A stretch of 64,000 nucleotides of DNA, from positions 32,001 through 96,000 of the forward strand of contig JAVZLH010000002.1 in NCBI GenBank assembly GCA_038883855.1. The letters are read 5' to 3'. Shown one piece after another: positions 49,103 through 60,198 of the stretch (position 1 is the first letter of the stretch; each line of letters opens with the position of its first letter). This DNA comes from Candidatus Bathyarchaeia archaeon. Lineage in GTDB: Archaea; Thermoproteota; Bathyarchaeia; Bathyarchaeales; Bathycorpusculaceae. Position numbers and translations under genes: made by a program. The notes beneath the pieces were generated by a model. It worked only from the letters and a program-made list of their open reading frames with translations. It was not told where the DNA came from and made no database searches.

Positions 49103-49933
49103 TTGTTGACCAGTTTGGTGATGAAAATGGATGATGACATTGCCGTTATAGGCGCTGGTGTCATTGGCGGCGCAATTGTTAAAAGCCTCATTAAAAGTGG
49201 TTATAAAGGCAAAATCACAGCTACCAGGAGATCAGTTGAGAAACTGAAAGAACTTGAGGAACTTGGGGCCTCCGTGACGAGCGATAACAAGAAAGCAGCA
49301 AAAGGAGCCGAAATAGTTTTTATATGTGTGAAGCCCGGAGATGTTGCAAAGGTGTTGAAAGAGATAAGTGAAGAGGTAAAGGGGAAGCTTGTAATTTCCA
49401 CTGCTGCAACTGTTCCGTTAAAATTTTATAAGCAAATAGTGCCGGAAGCACGTTTTGTTAGAAGTATGCCTAACGTGGCGATTCTAGTGCAAGAATCTTT
49501 TACAGCATATGCTTGTGATGAAGATGTGAAGCCAGAGGACAAAGAAAAGGTGAAAAAAATCTTTAACGTTATGGGAATATACGAAGAAGTTGAAGAGAGA
49601 TACATGGACGCCATAACAGCCTTAAGCGGCAGCGGCCCAGGATACATCTCAATAATAATAGAAGGGCTTATGTACGCTGGCTTAAAGGTCGGCTTGCCCA
49701 GAGACCTAGCGCTCTACAGCGCGGCTCAAACGGTTTTAGGAACAGGCAAACTCATTCTAAAAACACGCGAGCATGTTGCGAAAATAAAGGACATGGTGAC
49801 AACGCCTGGAGGAACAACCATTGAGGCGATATATGAGCTTGAAGGAAGCCAGATCAGGCCAGCTTTGATGAGGGCTGTTGAAAAAGCGACCGAAAAATGT
49901 CAAAAGATTAGGGAAAATTTCGGAATGAACTGA
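49103..49933 (+). CDS. proC: Pyrroline-5-carboxylate reductase
   Basis: IGAGVIG, CVKP, RSMPN, ALSGSGP, VTTPGGTT. Confidence 0.95.
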   Translation: MLTSLVMKMDDDIAVIGAGVIGGAIVKSLIKSGYKGKITATRRSVEKLKELEELGASVTSDNKKAAKGAEIVFICVKPGDVAKVLKEISEEVKGKLVISTAATVPLKFYKQIVPEARFVRSMPNVAILVQESFTAYACDEDVKPEDKEKVKKIFNVMGIYEEVEERYMDAITALSGSGPGYISIIIEGLMYAGLKVGLPRDLALYSAAQTVLGTGKLILKTREHVAKIKDMVTTPGGTTIEAIYELEGSQIRPALMRAVEKATEKCQKIRENFGMN

Positions 49934-49998
49934 AAAAGCGAAGCTTAATTTTATTAATAACTAGCATGATATAGTGTTCTCTTCAAGAGGTAAGAATC

Positions 49999-51831
49999 AT
50001 GTTTGGTTGGAACGGCAAACTCTTGCGGGTTAATGTTGAAAAGTTTAAGGCTGTAGCGCAAGAATATGATGCTGGAATGGCTAAAAAGTTTCTCGGCGGA
50101 AGAGGTTTTGCCGCCAAAATCCTCTGGGACGAACTCAAGCCCGGCGTTGACCCGTTGTCGCCTGAAAACAAACTTGTTTTCGCCGCTGGTCCATTAACTG
50201 GGCTTGTTTTGCCAAGTAGCGGAAAACTGGTTGTTGCAGCTAAAAGCCCCTTAACTGGAAGTTACGGTGACGGAAACATAGGGACCAATGCAGCGGTTCA
50301 AATGCGAAATGCAGGCTATGACGCTGTAATCGTTGAAGGTAAAGCCAACAAACCAATAGTTTTGCTTGTCCAAGACGAAACCGCAGATTTTTTAGACGCA
50401 AAAGACCTTTGGGGCTTAAACTCCTTTGAAACGGAAAAAAGGTTGAGAGAGATTTACGGAACAAACGCTGGCATCCTCTGTATAGGGCAGGGAGGCGAAA
50501 ACCTCATAAAATTCGCCAACATCGTCTGCCAAGAAGGCAGAGCTGGCGGAAGGCCTGGAATAGGCGCTGTGATGGGCTCCAAGAATTTGAAAGCTGTTGT
50601 TTTTATTGGTTCAGGGGAGATTCAAGTTGCGTATCCAAAAGAAGTGAAGGAGCTGGGGGCGGAAGCTTACAGGGATATTTTAACTAAACCGAACTATGAG
50701 TTTTGGAAGCGTCAAGGCACAATGTCAACTTTGGAGTGGAGCCAAGAAAATAGCGCTTTGCCAACCTACAATTATAGAGAAGGCGTTTTCGAGGAAGCTG
50801 ATAAAATCGGCGGCTTCGCCATGGAGAAAATAAAGGTTGGAAATCGAGGCTGTCCTAACTGCAACATGACTTGCGGCAATGTTGTTAAAGGCTCTGACAG
50901 GAAAGAGTCTGAACTTGACTACGAAAATGTCACGATGCTGGGTTCAAATATTGGTATAGGGAAGCTTCCGCAGGTTGCGGCGCTTAACAGGTCTGCTGAC
51001 GAATTTGGGTTGGACACAATATCCTTAGGTAACGTGATTGGATTTGCCATGGAGGCTTCTGAAAAAGGCTTGATAGAAGAAAAGATTCCATGGGGCAAAT
51101 TTAAGACGGTTAAGGCTTTGGTTGAGGACATAGCTTTTAAGCGTGGTTTAGGCGCTGTTTTGGCTGAAGGGGTGCGTTTTGCCTCTGAGAAAATAAGTGG
51201 AGGCTCAAGTTCTTGGGCGATGCATGTTAAGGGGCTCGAAATTTCTGCTTATGACTGTCATGCCACACCAGGCATGGCGCTTTCTTACGGGACAAGCTCG
51301 GTTGGAGCGCATCACAAGGACGCTTGGGTTATCTCATGGGAAGTTAAGTTTGGACGCGAAAGCTATGGTGAGGGAAAAGTTGACAAAGTAATCGAGCTTC
51401 AACGCTTAAGAGGAGGGCTTTTTGAGTCTTTAACAGTGTGTAGGCTTCCATGGGTTGAGGTGGGCTTCGAACTTGAATGGTATCCAAAGTTTCTCCACGC
51501 CGTAACTGGATTGGAAATGAACTGGGAAAACCTAAACTTAATCGCGGACAGAACATTCAATTTGATTCGTGCCTTCTGGATACGTGAATATGGCAAAAAC
51601 TGGAGCAAGGAAATGGATGTCCCACCAGCAAGATGGTTTAAGGAACCTTTGACAAAAGGACCCTTGAAAGGCGCCAAACTCGATAGAACAAAATATGATG
51701 TTATGCTGCAGAAATATTACCAGAAGAGAGGCTGGGATGAGAGAGGCATACCAACAAAATCTACGCTGAAAAGACTTGGGTTAGAGGATGTTGCAGAACA
51801 ACTTAAGAAACGTGTGAAACTTTACGAGTAA
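49999..51831 (+). CDS. Tungsten aldehyde:ferredoxin oxidoreductase family (AOR/FOR-like)
   Basis: GGRG, KSPLTG, GRPGIGAVMGSKNLKA, CPNCNMTC, DYE, DEFGLDTIS. Confidence 0.93.
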   Translation: MFGWNGKLLRVNVEKFKAVAQEYDAGMAKKFLGGRGFAAKILWDELKPGVDPLSPENKLVFAAGPLTGLVLPSSGKLVVAAKSPLTGSYGDGNIGTNAAVQMRNAGYDAVIVEGKANKPIVLLVQDETADFLDAKDLWGLNSFETEKRLREIYGTNAGILCIGQGGENLIKFANIVCQEGRAGGRPGIGAVMGSKNLKAVVFIGSGEIQVAYPKEVKELGAEAYRDILTKPNYEFWKRQGTMSTLEWSQENSALPTYNYREGVFEEADKIGGFAMEKIKVGNRGCPNCNMTCGNVVKGSDRKESELDYENVTMLGSNIGIGKLPQVAALNRSADEFGLDTISLGNVIGFAMEASEKGLIEEKIPWGKFKTVKALVEDIAFKRGLGAVLAEGVRFASEKISGGSSSWAMHVKGLEISAYDCHATPGMALSYGTSSVGAHHKDAWVISWEVKFGRESYGEGKVDKVIELQRLRGGLFESLTVCRLPWVEVGFELEWYPKFLHAVTGLEMNWENLNLIADRTFNLIRAFWIREYGKNWSKEMDVPPARWFKEPLTKGPLKGAKLDRTKYDVMLQKYYQKRGWDERGIPTKSTLKRLGLEDVAEQLKKRVKLYE

Positions 51832-51840
51832 CGTAAAGTA

Positions 51841-53289
51841 TTAGTATGCTCTAGCGAAATAAGCAACTTCCTTTGCCTCACCGCCACAGTAAACACATTT
51901 TGCGAACGGCTTTTCCTTTTCAAAAGGCACTATCCTAATGGTCGCGCCAGTTTCCTCTTTAATCCTCTCTTCGCAAGCAGGACTGGAACACCAAGAAGCC
52001 TTAATAAACCCGCCTTTGCTCTTCAAGGTTTCTTTAAACTCCTCATAGGTTTTTACCGTCGTGATTTTTTCTTCTAGAAATTTCTTGGCTTTATTATAGA
52101 GGTTGTTCTGAATCTCTTCAAGAAATTTCGTTATCGCGTTCACTGCCTCTTCCTCTTTCACAGCGATTCTCTCGAACGTGTCCCGCCTGGCCAAAGTAAC
52201 CTGTTTTTGCCTTAAGTCTTTTGGACCTATTTCAACTCGTATCGGCACACCTTTAAGTTCCCAATCGTTAAACTTCCATCCAGGCGTATACTCTGCTCTA
52301 TCGTCTAGAACCACCGCTAATCCTGCTCTTTGCAGTTTTTCAAACAGCTCTTTTGCCTTAGCCAGTATGGCGGTTGAATCAGCATCTTTGTAGGGTATGG
52401 GAACTATTACAACCTGTATTGGCGCAATTTTCGGAGGCAAAACGAGCCCCTTGTCATCGCCGTGAACCATGACAACGGCGCCTATCAACCGGGTGGATAT
52501 GCCCCAGGAAGTTTGCCACACGTAATGTTCCTTTTCATCTTCTCCTATGAATTTAATGTCGAAAACTTTCGCGAAGTTTTGTCCCAAATTGTGCGAGGTT
52601 CCCATTTGTAGGGCTTTTCCGTCTGGCATTATAGCCTCCAGAGCGGTTGTGTAGAGGGCTCCTGGAAATTTTTCGCTTTCCGTTTTCTTTCCGATGAGCA
52701 CTGGAATTGCTAGATAGTTTTCCATGAGGTCTTTGTAAGCGTTTAGGATTTCCATCACTTCGCGGTCTGCTTCCTCTTTTGTGGCGTGTGCAGTGTGTCC
52801 TTCTTGCCATAGAAACTCTCTTGTTCTTAGAAATAGTTTGGTTCCTTTAGTGTCCCATCTTATGATGTTGCACCATTGGTTAATTTTTATTGGTAGGTCT
52901 CTCCAACTTCTAATCCACTTGGCGAACGTGGCATACATAATTGTTTCTGAAGTGGGTCTCAGAGCCAACTTTTCCTCTAAAGGTGTGTCTCCGCCAGTTG
53001 TCACCCATGCAACTTCCGGCGTGAACCCTGCAAAGTGTTCAGCCTCCTTTTTCAGAAAGCTTTCAGGTATAAACATTGGGAAGTACACGTTTTTGTGTCC
53101 CGTCGCCTTTATTTTTTCGTCGAATATTTGTTTGATTTTCTCCCAGATAGCATAAGACAACTCGCGGAAAATCATGCACCCCTTCACTGGCGCGTAATCA
53201 GCTAGCCCAGATTTTAGCACCACTTGCGTATACCATTCCGAGAAGTCTTCAGTCTTTTTCACGGTCACGCCTATGTCTGACATTTTCAT
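51841..53289 (-). CDS. proS: Prolyl-tRNA synthetase, archaeal/eukaryal type
   Basis: FSEWY, RPTSET, FLRTREFLWQEGHT, GTSHNLGQNF, SWGISTR, C-terminal ARAY. Confidence 0.97.
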   Translation of the reverse strand: MKMSDIGVTVKKTEDFSEWYTQVVLKSGLADYAPVKGCMIFRELSYAIWEKIKQIFDEKIKATGHKNVYFPMFIPESFLKKEAEHFAGFTPEVAWVTTGGDTPLEEKLALRPTSETIMYATFAKWIRSWRDLPIKINQWCNIIRWDTKGTKLFLRTREFLWQEGHTAHATKEEADREVMEILNAYKDLMENYLAIPVLIGKKTESEKFPGALYTTALEAIMPDGKALQMGTSHNLGQNFAKVFDIKFIGEDEKEHYVWQTSWGISTRLIGAVVMVHGDDKGLVLPPKIAPIQVVIVPIPYKDADSTAILAKAKELFEKLQRAGLAVVLDDRAEYTPGWKFNDWELKGVPIRVEIGPKDLRQKQVTLARRDTFERIAVKEEEAVNAITKFLEEIQNNLYNKAKKFLEEKITTVKTYEEFKETLKSKGGFIKASWCSSPACEERIKEETGATIRIVPFEKEKPFAKCVYCGGEAKEVAYFARAY

Positions 53290-53539
53290 CCTTCACCTTG
53301 TTTAACGTTTGCTGAATATAATCCTAGCGTAAAATTAATCCTAATGCTGGCTAATTTTGGCAGAAATTTAGCAGTGTGGAACTGAATCGCCCATTCAAAC
53401 CACTTAACGAAAAATCAGCCTAGAAACTATTAAGCATTTCTAACGTTTTTTAAAGCAAAATTAATGAATAAAATATAAGTGTTTTAACCATAAGCATTAA
53501 ACTTGAATATATCACGGTCATAACAGTGTGTGAATAAAG

Positions 53540-54781
53540 ATGAAGGCGATTCTCCTCATTGGAGACGGAATGGCTGACCGACCACTAAAAGAGTTAAATG
53601 GAAAAACTCCTTTAGAAGTTGCAAAAAAGCCTTCTCTGAACAAAATAGCAAAAACGGGAATCTGCGGCATAATGGATCCAATAGCACCGGGAATCCCCCC
53701 TGGAAGCGATACGGCTACGCTTTCGTTGCTTGGCTATGACGCTTTAAAGGTTTACACGGGGAGAGGTTCCTTAGAAGCTTTAGGCTGCGGTATGGAGCTT
53801 TTGCCGGGGGATGTTGCCCTCAGATGCAACTTCGCAACCGTTGACGAAAACATGGTTGTTTTGGATAGGAGGGCTGGCAGAATCGAAAATGAAGACGCGG
53901 CAAAGTTGACTGAAAGTCTTCAAGAAGTCGAGTTGAAGAACTCTTTTGGCGCTAAGTTCTTTTTAAAGAACACTGTTCAACATCGGGCGGTGCTTTTAGT
54001 TCGTGGTTCAAAACTTTCAGCGGATGTTAGCGACTCTGACCCTTTAAAAGTTGGGAAAAAAGTTTCGGAAGTGAAACCCTTAAGCGATAGTCTGGCTGCT
54101 AAACGCACCGCTGAAATCCTCAACGAGCTTATGTTAAAATTTCACAAAGTTTTGAATGAACATCAAATTAACAAAGAAAGGGTTAAACGCGGATTATTGC
54201 CTGCGAATATGCTTTTGTTTAGAGGAGCTGGTTCTGTTCCTAATCTGAAACCTCTCTCGGAAATTTATGGCGTAAACACTGCATGTGTAGCCGCCATGCC
54301 ATTAATCAGAGGAATATGTAAGGCGGCTGGAATGAAACTTGTCGATGTGAAAGGTGCGACAGGAACCCCGCAAACAGATTTTATGGCTAAGGCAAAGGCA
54401 ACCATTCAAGCACTTGGAGACAATGACTTCGTGTTTTTGCACGTGAAAGCCACAGACGCTGCAAGTCACGACGGATTTTTCAAACAGAAAATCGAGTTGA
54501 TCGAGAAAATCGATGAAATGCTTGGTTACATACTGGGCAGAATAGACTTGGATAATACTTATGTGGCTGTAACTGCTGACCATACAACATCCTCCATAAC
54601 AAAAAGCCATGAGGGAGACCCTGTTCCAGTGGCTATAACTGGACCGTATGTGCGCAGCGATGATGTTGAAAAGTTTAGTGAACGCGCTTGCGCCAAGGGA
54701 GGTTTGCATAGAATAAGGGGAATAGATTTGATGCCTATTCTGATGAACTTGATCGGCAAGACAAAGAGGTTTGGAGCCTAG
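53540..54781 (+). CDS. apgM: 2,3-BPG-independent phosphoglycerate mutase, archaeal type
   Basis: GDGMADRP, PGSD, RRAGRI, HVKATD..SHDG, TADHTT, H.GDPVP. Confidence 0.93.
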   Translation: MKAILLIGDGMADRPLKELNGKTPLEVAKKPSLNKIAKTGICGIMDPIAPGIPPGSDTATLSLLGYDALKVYTGRGSLEALGCGMELLPGDVALRCNFATVDENMVVLDRRAGRIENEDAAKLTESLQEVELKNSFGAKFFLKNTVQHRAVLLVRGSKLSADVSDSDPLKVGKKVSEVKPLSDSLAAKRTAEILNELMLKFHKVLNEHQINKERVKRGLLPANMLLFRGAGSVPNLKPLSEIYGVNTACVAAMPLIRGICKAAGMKLVDVKGATGTPQTDFMAKAKATIQALGDNDFVFLHVKATDAASHDGFFKQKIELIEKIDEMLGYILGRIDLDNTYVAVTADHTTSSITKSHEGDPVPVAITGPYVRSDDVEKFSERACAKGGLHRIRGIDLMPILMNLIGKTKRFGA

Positions 54782-55040
54782 TTCTGGCTATTATACTGGT
54801 AGAGACGCCATTCTCTCTATAGTCCGTCGCTACTCTAACGTAGCCTCTTAGCATATTGTTCACCTCAGCGTCTCCAGTATCAACCCTTAAAACGCCGTCT
54901 TCTATACTTTGAAGCTTGCTTTTTGTCGCTGCAATTGTTATCCGTTATTTTCCAACACACTTAATTATTTCTGGGATTATATGCTGTTCTCCACTTCCGA
55001 AAAGGATGCCTTGACGCCCTATTGGCAGTTACCAAAAGTC
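54778..55040 (-). pseudogene. C-terminal remnant of ATP-NAD kinase-like (COG3199-type) gene
   Basis: PIGRQGILFGSGEQHIIPEIIKCVGK*RITIAATKSKL..LRVDTGDAEV..MLRGYVRV. Confidence 0.65.
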
Positions 55041-55152
55041 TAACAGCCTTTTCCGTGTCTATAAAACCACGCTTCGTTATTACCCGTGATAAGATTTATT
55101 GCGCTGGCTATAAACATATTTTGATAAAGCGTCTTCGGAGATTAAAGTTCCG

Positions 55153-55767
55153 GTGGGAAACGTGTTTAAAGGGACTTTTTCCATCTTAGCAACATTGCCC
55201 AACTCCAAACTGATAGGCGTTGCTGTTGCCTCTGGCTCAATAGCTGTTGGCGACAGAGTTTCTCATGCAATGCCGGGAATCGGTGCTGTAGCCACCCAAG
55301 CTTACACCGAAATCTCTTATGGAACTGAAGGATTGGAACTTTTGGTTAGGGGTTTTTCGCCAACCGAAGCCTTAAACAAGCTTCTGGCTAAAGACCCAGA
55401 TAGGGAGAAGAGGCAAGTTGCTATAATGGATTTTAAGAAGAGAAAAGCCGTTTTTACGGGAGTTGAAACTCCAGAATTTCGCGGAGAACGTGTAGGTGAG
55501 GAGTACATTGTTGTCGGAAATTTACTTTCAAGTAAAAGTGTTGTAGACAGCATGGCTGAAGCGTTTGAAAACTCAAGGAGAAATTTAGCCGTGAGAATGT
55601 TAGATGCGCTGAAGGCTGGAAATAATGCTGGAGGAGATAGAAGAGGCGAAAAATCCGCAGCCCTGATAATTGTGGATTATGAGGAAGTGGTTTTACAAGT
55701 TAAGGTTGACGAGCACCCACAACCCATTGAAGAATTACGCCGCAAACTAGAGAACTTAATAAAATGA
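55153..55767 (+). CDS. DUF1028 Ntn-hydrolase-like protein
   Basis: TFSI, GVAVAS, GAVATQA, RQVA, GNLL, GGDRRG.KSAAL. Confidence 0.9.
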   Translation: MGNVFKGTFSILATLPNSKLIGVAVASGSIAVGDRVSHAMPGIGAVATQAYTEISYGTEGLELLVRGFSPTEALNKLLAKDPDREKRQVAIMDFKKRKAVFTGVETPEFRGERVGEEYIVVGNLLSSKSVVDSMAEAFENSRRNLAVRMLDALKAGNNAGGDRRGEKSAALIIVDYEEVVLQVKVDEHPQPIEELRRKLENLIK

Positions 55768-55825
55768 TGTTATACCGTGTTTTGACTGAAATATTATAAT
55801 TGCTAGATTACAACATCCGCTTGCA

Positions 55826-56170
55826 ATGTGCGACTCCTTTATGAAGCTATTAGCGAAAAATTACGCGTATTTTGTTAAAGAATACACTGTTTTGCCGATC
55901 ATGCATATGCCCGACTGCATAAGCACAACCCTTTATTTGATGGAGGCTTACCGCACAAGCTATAATGTGGCTGGAAATGAATTTTCCGCTGGAGAACTGG
56001 TAGCTGAAATAAAAAAGGCGTATTCAAGAATTTATGTGTGATTATAAACAAGATTTTAGGTAGAAGATTGCTGAGTCTTGGCCTATGTCGATTGACGATA
56101 GCTTAGCCCGTAGGGATTGTAATTGGAAGCCTACATATGACTTGGCTATGCCAACGTGGATATGCTTGAA
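55826..56170 (+). pseudogene. NAD-dependent epimerase-type L-threonine dehydrogenase remnant
   Basis: LPIMHMPDC, YNVAG..FSA.EL..EIKK, then DF..IAESWPMSIDDSLA..WKP in a broken frame. Confidence 0.65.
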
Positions 56171-56399
56171 AAACCAACGTTTAAATATGTTTGATGTTCG
56201 AGCCTACCAAAAAATTCATAAATAATTTTTGATCAATTTTTAAATGGGGGGCTTACCTCTAGCATTATGACGTTGTCCGACCCGTCGCACAGCTATGAGG
56301 TTTTGAAGCTCCCCCCTCTTTCTATTTTCGTTGTGAAAGCTAAACATGAGATTTGCGGGGTTAAGGTAGTAAACATTGAAAGAGGTTTGAAACAAAGCT

Positions 56400-56955
56400 T
56401 AGGAGAGGTGATTAATGTAATTGCTAAGCGTCATCCAACTAAATATTTAGTGAGGAATACCAGCGTTTGGTTCGTGAATCTGCCAGCGAGTCGATCTTCA
56501 TAGTGAATCGAAAAGAAGTTTTGATGCTTTGCGCAAGCAATTATCTCAACCTTGCAATAAACCAAAAGTTGTTAACGCCCTGATGGAAGCAACGGAAAAC
56601 ACGGGGCTGGAGATGAAGCGACAGGTTAATTTCTGGCAACAAAAACGAGCCTCAGCATGCGAAAAGGTTTGGGAAAACCGCAATCGCTTGTTGGATGCGT
56701 TGCATGACGCGGGTTTTGATATCGGCAACAGAGAAACACCCATAAGTTATGTGTGGCAAGAGTAAAACTGCAAGAGACTTAGCTGACTACCTTCGGATGA
56801 AGGAAATCCTTATTCTGCCAATATTCTATCCTACGGTGGCAAGGGACAAAACATGAATCCGCGTTCAAATCTACAAAGCACATAACAGAACAATTGGACA
56901 AGGCTGCAGAAACCTTCAAGGGGACACAAAAACTGGAAAATAATCTGAAACCGTT
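56400..56955 (+). pseudogene. 2-amino-3-ketobutyrate CoA ligase / AONS (class II PLP) remnant
   Basis: VNRKEVLMLCASNYLNL, ETPI, YPTVARDK..IRVQ fragments across frameshifts. Confidence 0.6.
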
Positions 56956-56988
56956 AAAAGCCAGCTCGCTTTTCATTTTCTGTCGCAG

Positions 56989-57624
56989 ATGCTGATGAGT
57001 ATAGCCCAGAAAAAGCAACAGTTAAGAGAAGCAATTTGGAATGAGATGCAACTTCGCGGAATAGCCACTTTTCCATTGCCATGCAAGGGCAGAATCCCAA
57101 ACTTTGTTGGGGCGGAAACCGCCGCCGAAAAACTGCACCAACTAGAAGAGTGGAGAAAAGCCAAAGTAATATTTGCCAATCCAGACTCACCTCAGCGGAA
57201 AGTGCGAGAAAACGCTTTGAAAGATGGGAAAATTCTCGTAATGGCTTCTCCAAGGCTTGAAAGAGGCTTTATCCTACTTAACCCCACTGCCGTGAAAGGC
57301 GAGGAAAGCTTTGCTTCAACGATTAAAGGCGCTTTTAAACTTGGCAGAACAATTAATGCTGAGGAAATGCCTAAGCCGGCCTTGATTGTTGAGGGTTCTG
57401 TGGCTGTTGATTTGCGTGGGCATAGGCTTGGAAAAGGACATGGTTATGGCGACGTTGAAATCAGCATTTTGAAAAAATTGTTTGGAGAAATCCCCATAGC
57501 TACAACGGTACATGACATGCAAGTTGTTGAAACTGTTCCATTCGAGGAAAAAGACGAAAAAGTTTCACTAATAGTCACCCCTACAAGAGTTATTCGCATA
57601 ACAGCCAAAAATTTTGAGGCTTGA
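56989..57624 (+). CDS. 5-formyltetrahydrofolate cyclo-ligase family (MTHFSD-like)
   Basis: GRIPNFVGAE, NPDSPQ, GSVAV..G.RLGKG.GYGD.E, TTVHD.Q, IVTP. Confidence 0.9.
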   Translation: MLMSIAQKKQQLREAIWNEMQLRGIATFPLPCKGRIPNFVGAETAAEKLHQLEEWRKAKVIFANPDSPQRKVRENALKDGKILVMASPRLERGFILLNPTAVKGEESFASTIKGAFKLGRTINAEEMPKPALIVEGSVAVDLRGHRLGKGHGYGDVEISILKKLFGEIPIATTVHDMQVVETVPFEEKDEKVSLIVTPTRVIRITAKNFEA

Positions 57625-57681
57625 AAAATCTAGAGGGGTCTATCAGCATTGGCTGCTTTTCAATCCAAAATTATGGGGTTT

Positions 57682-59550
57682 TCAACGTAATTTTTCCAGA
57701 ACCTTGTCAACGTCTTCTAACCCGAGTTTTTTGAGAGTTTCCGTTTTTGGTATGCCATTTTCATCCCAACCCACAGCCTCGTAATACCTCTTAACTTCGT
57801 TCATAACAGCATTTTTTTCAACCGTCTTGCCTTTGAAAGGCCCTGTGGGAAGCGGTTCATAGAACCTTGGAGGATTGTCGTCATGGATTTTCGGGTTCCA
57901 TTTCAAGTCTGGACCGCCCAATAAAAGCATGGCTCTCTGCAACTGCAGTATCTTTAACGCCTTCCTATTAATCCACTCCTCCATTGGCATTTCCACTCCA
58001 GTAACCGCCTTATAGAATTCGAAGATGGTTCTGCGCGGGAGCTCGAAAATGTTGAAGTAACAGTAAACAGCAGAATCATGAAAAATGATCAGTAACTCGC
58101 TTCTGAAATCGTCAAGTGGCAAAGCAGCTGGTGAAGTGTGGTCTCCGCCTTGAACGGAACAAGCATAGCCATGAATGTCAACGAAGTCCTTCTCACTGCG
58201 GATCCCATGAGCGCCTATGCCAATCCCCTTACATTGCACTGCATAAGGCATAACATTGACGCCTTTCATTCTTCCAATTTTTAAAGCCGCACGATATGTT
58301 CCCTCAGCTAAGATGTTGCCGACCCCTTCTCTGAAAGCGATTTTCTTGGCTAATGCGGCGAAGGCTTTGGCGTCTCCCCATGTGGGTTTTATACCATCCA
58401 AGTCCTCCTCGCTTAAAATTCCTCTTTGGAAAAGCTCAGCTACAAAACCAAGCACGTTGCCAGTTTGTATGCCGCACAAGCCCAAATCGTCAAGAAGCGA
58501 AGAAAGGAAAACATTGTCTTCTGGAGAGAAAATTCCAAGGTTCGGACCCAAATAAGCTTGCATTTCATAGTCTGGATTGTCCGTTATAGAACCTTTAAAC
58601 CTCCCAGACTTGGAAACAGCAATCTTTAAACATGTGGTTGGACAGCCGAAGTCTCCCCAAAACTGCTTCACCCAAAACCTATTCTCAAACTGGTCAACGC
58701 CGAACTCTCGCCTCTCATGCCACTCTTCCTGCCAATTCCGAACAGGCTCAGAGCTTCTCTTTGCAGCAACTTCGTAGCCTCCTGCCCCAGTTCCCCAACG
58801 CCTCCACAACTCGTTTTCATAGGCATTGGTGCAAACCGCTTGCATTAGTTGCTTAACAGATTCCATATCGCTTACATCCGGTAGCGGGCCAGTTCCCTTA
58901 ACAACAATAGCCTTAAGCCCTTTTGAACCCATAACCGCGCCGTAACCGCCATATCCAGCTGCATGAGTCCATTTTGCAGCAACAATAGCCGTGCGCACTT
59001 TATTCTCGCCAGCGGGTCCAATATATAGAATGGAAGGCTCTCTCCACATGCCTTTCTGGGGATACCGCTTCTTCAAAATCTCCCTACATTCTTTTGTTAA
59101 CAAAGTAACCGTTTGCTTTGCGTCTTTACCCCAGACATGGCTTGCATCCCTAATTTCAACATCAGAATCCTTAACGAAAAGGTAAACAGGCTTTTCCGCC
59201 TTCCCCAAAACAATAATGCCATCGTAACCAGCGCACTTTAACTCAACACCAAACTCGCCAGCAACCGTAGAACCAATGACGCCGTTATTCTGCGGAGACT
59301 TCCCAGAAACACAAGTTCTTCCACCAGGGAAAAAGCCGGTAAGCGGACCAGTCAAAAACAGCAAAATGTTTTCTGGACTTAATGGGTCGACGCTTTCCCA
59401 TTTTTCGCCAAGTCTATCCCAGAGGATTTTCGCTGCTAAGCCCCTTCCACCAACATAATCCCTCAAAACTTCATCGTCAAACCTTGCCTCACTTATTTTC
59501 CCATCTGAAAGGTTAACTTCAAGAAACTTTCCAGCATACCCCTTAATCAT
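57682..59550 (-). CDS. Tungsten oxidoreductase large subunit (AOR family, WOR5-like)
   Basis: GGRG, KSPQ, YGAVMGSKGLKA, DFGCPTTC, PDYE, DDLGLCGI. Confidence 0.9.
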   Translation of the reverse strand: MIKGYAGKFLEVNLSDGKISEARFDDEVLRDYVGGRGLAAKILWDRLGEKWESVDPLSPENILLFLTGPLTGFFPGGRTCVSGKSPQNNGVIGSTVAGEFGVELKCAGYDGIIVLGKAEKPVYLFVKDSDVEIRDASHVWGKDAKQTVTLLTKECREILKKRYPQKGMWREPSILYIGPAGENKVRTAIVAAKWTHAAGYGGYGAVMGSKGLKAIVVKGTGPLPDVSDMESVKQLMQAVCTNAYENELWRRWGTGAGGYEVAAKRSSEPVRNWQEEWHERREFGVDQFENRFWVKQFWGDFGCPTTCLKIAVSKSGRFKGSITDNPDYEMQAYLGPNLGIFSPEDNVFLSSLLDDLGLCGIQTGNVLGFVAELFQRGILSEEDLDGIKPTWGDAKAFAALAKKIAFREGVGNILAEGTYRAALKIGRMKGVNVMPYAVQCKGIGIGAHGIRSEKDFVDIHGYACSVQGGDHTSPAALPLDDFRSELLIIFHDSAVYCYFNIFELPRRTIFEFYKAVTGVEMPMEEWINRKALKILQLQRAMLLLGGPDLKWNPKIHDDNPPRFYEPLPTGPFKGKTVEKNAVMNEVKRYYEAVGWDENGIPKTETLKKLGLEDVDKVLEKLR

Positions 59551-60089
59551 AGGAATTCCTCCGCTTTATCCTCAAACAGTTTAATGGCTAAATCCCGCGT
59601 CACTTCCTCTGGAGTGCGCGAATAAAGCCTGTAGGCATGGTCTCCCCTCGAAACTTTCTTTAAAACGTTCCACCCGCCTTCTTGACAAACCTTTACACAT
59701 TGGGGGTCGCCGCCGCACAAATCACAGATCAAAATATGCTTTCCACTCGGGTGCATGTGCGGAACCTTGCCCGGACAAGCCTCTATGCAGCTTCCGCAAG
59801 CCGTGCAAGCCTCCGCATCAACTAAAACAGCTCCAGTTTCTCTGCTAACTGAAAGGGCGTTTACTGGACACGCATTTACACAGGGATAATCTTCACATTG
59901 AACACAGAAATGCGGAAAATCAACCCCTGGAACAAGCATGAAAACCCTTATTCTAGAAGCCTCTGGCCAAACACAGTTCTCGTGAAAAAGCGAGCATTCA
60001 ATTTCGCATTTTCGGCAGCCACTGCATTTTGAAAGTTCTCTCGCAATCCATATGGCTTCCTTTTTTTCAACCAACTCCAAAACCTCCAC
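59547..60089 (-). CDS. 4Fe-4S polyferredoxin partner subunit of the W-oxidoreductase
   Basis: Four Cys clusters; ATGA-coupled to the large subunit. Confidence 0.9.
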   Translation of the reverse strand: MEVLELVEKKEAIWIARELSKCSGCRKCEIECSLFHENCVWPEASRIRVFMLVPGVDFPHFCVQCEDYPCVNACPVNALSVSRETGAVLVDAEACTACGSCIEACPGKVPHMHPSGKHILICDLCGGDPQCVKVCQEGGWNVLKKVSRGDHAYRLYSRTPEEVTRDLAIKLFEDKAEEFL

Positions 60090-60198
60090 GGATTTTATAG
60101 ATTTTTAGTGAGTCCTTTGATTTATAAGATTTGGCTCCTTAGATAGTGACAATTCCTTTAAGCTGTTAAAACAATTACTAGGAGGAGAACATCTAGAA

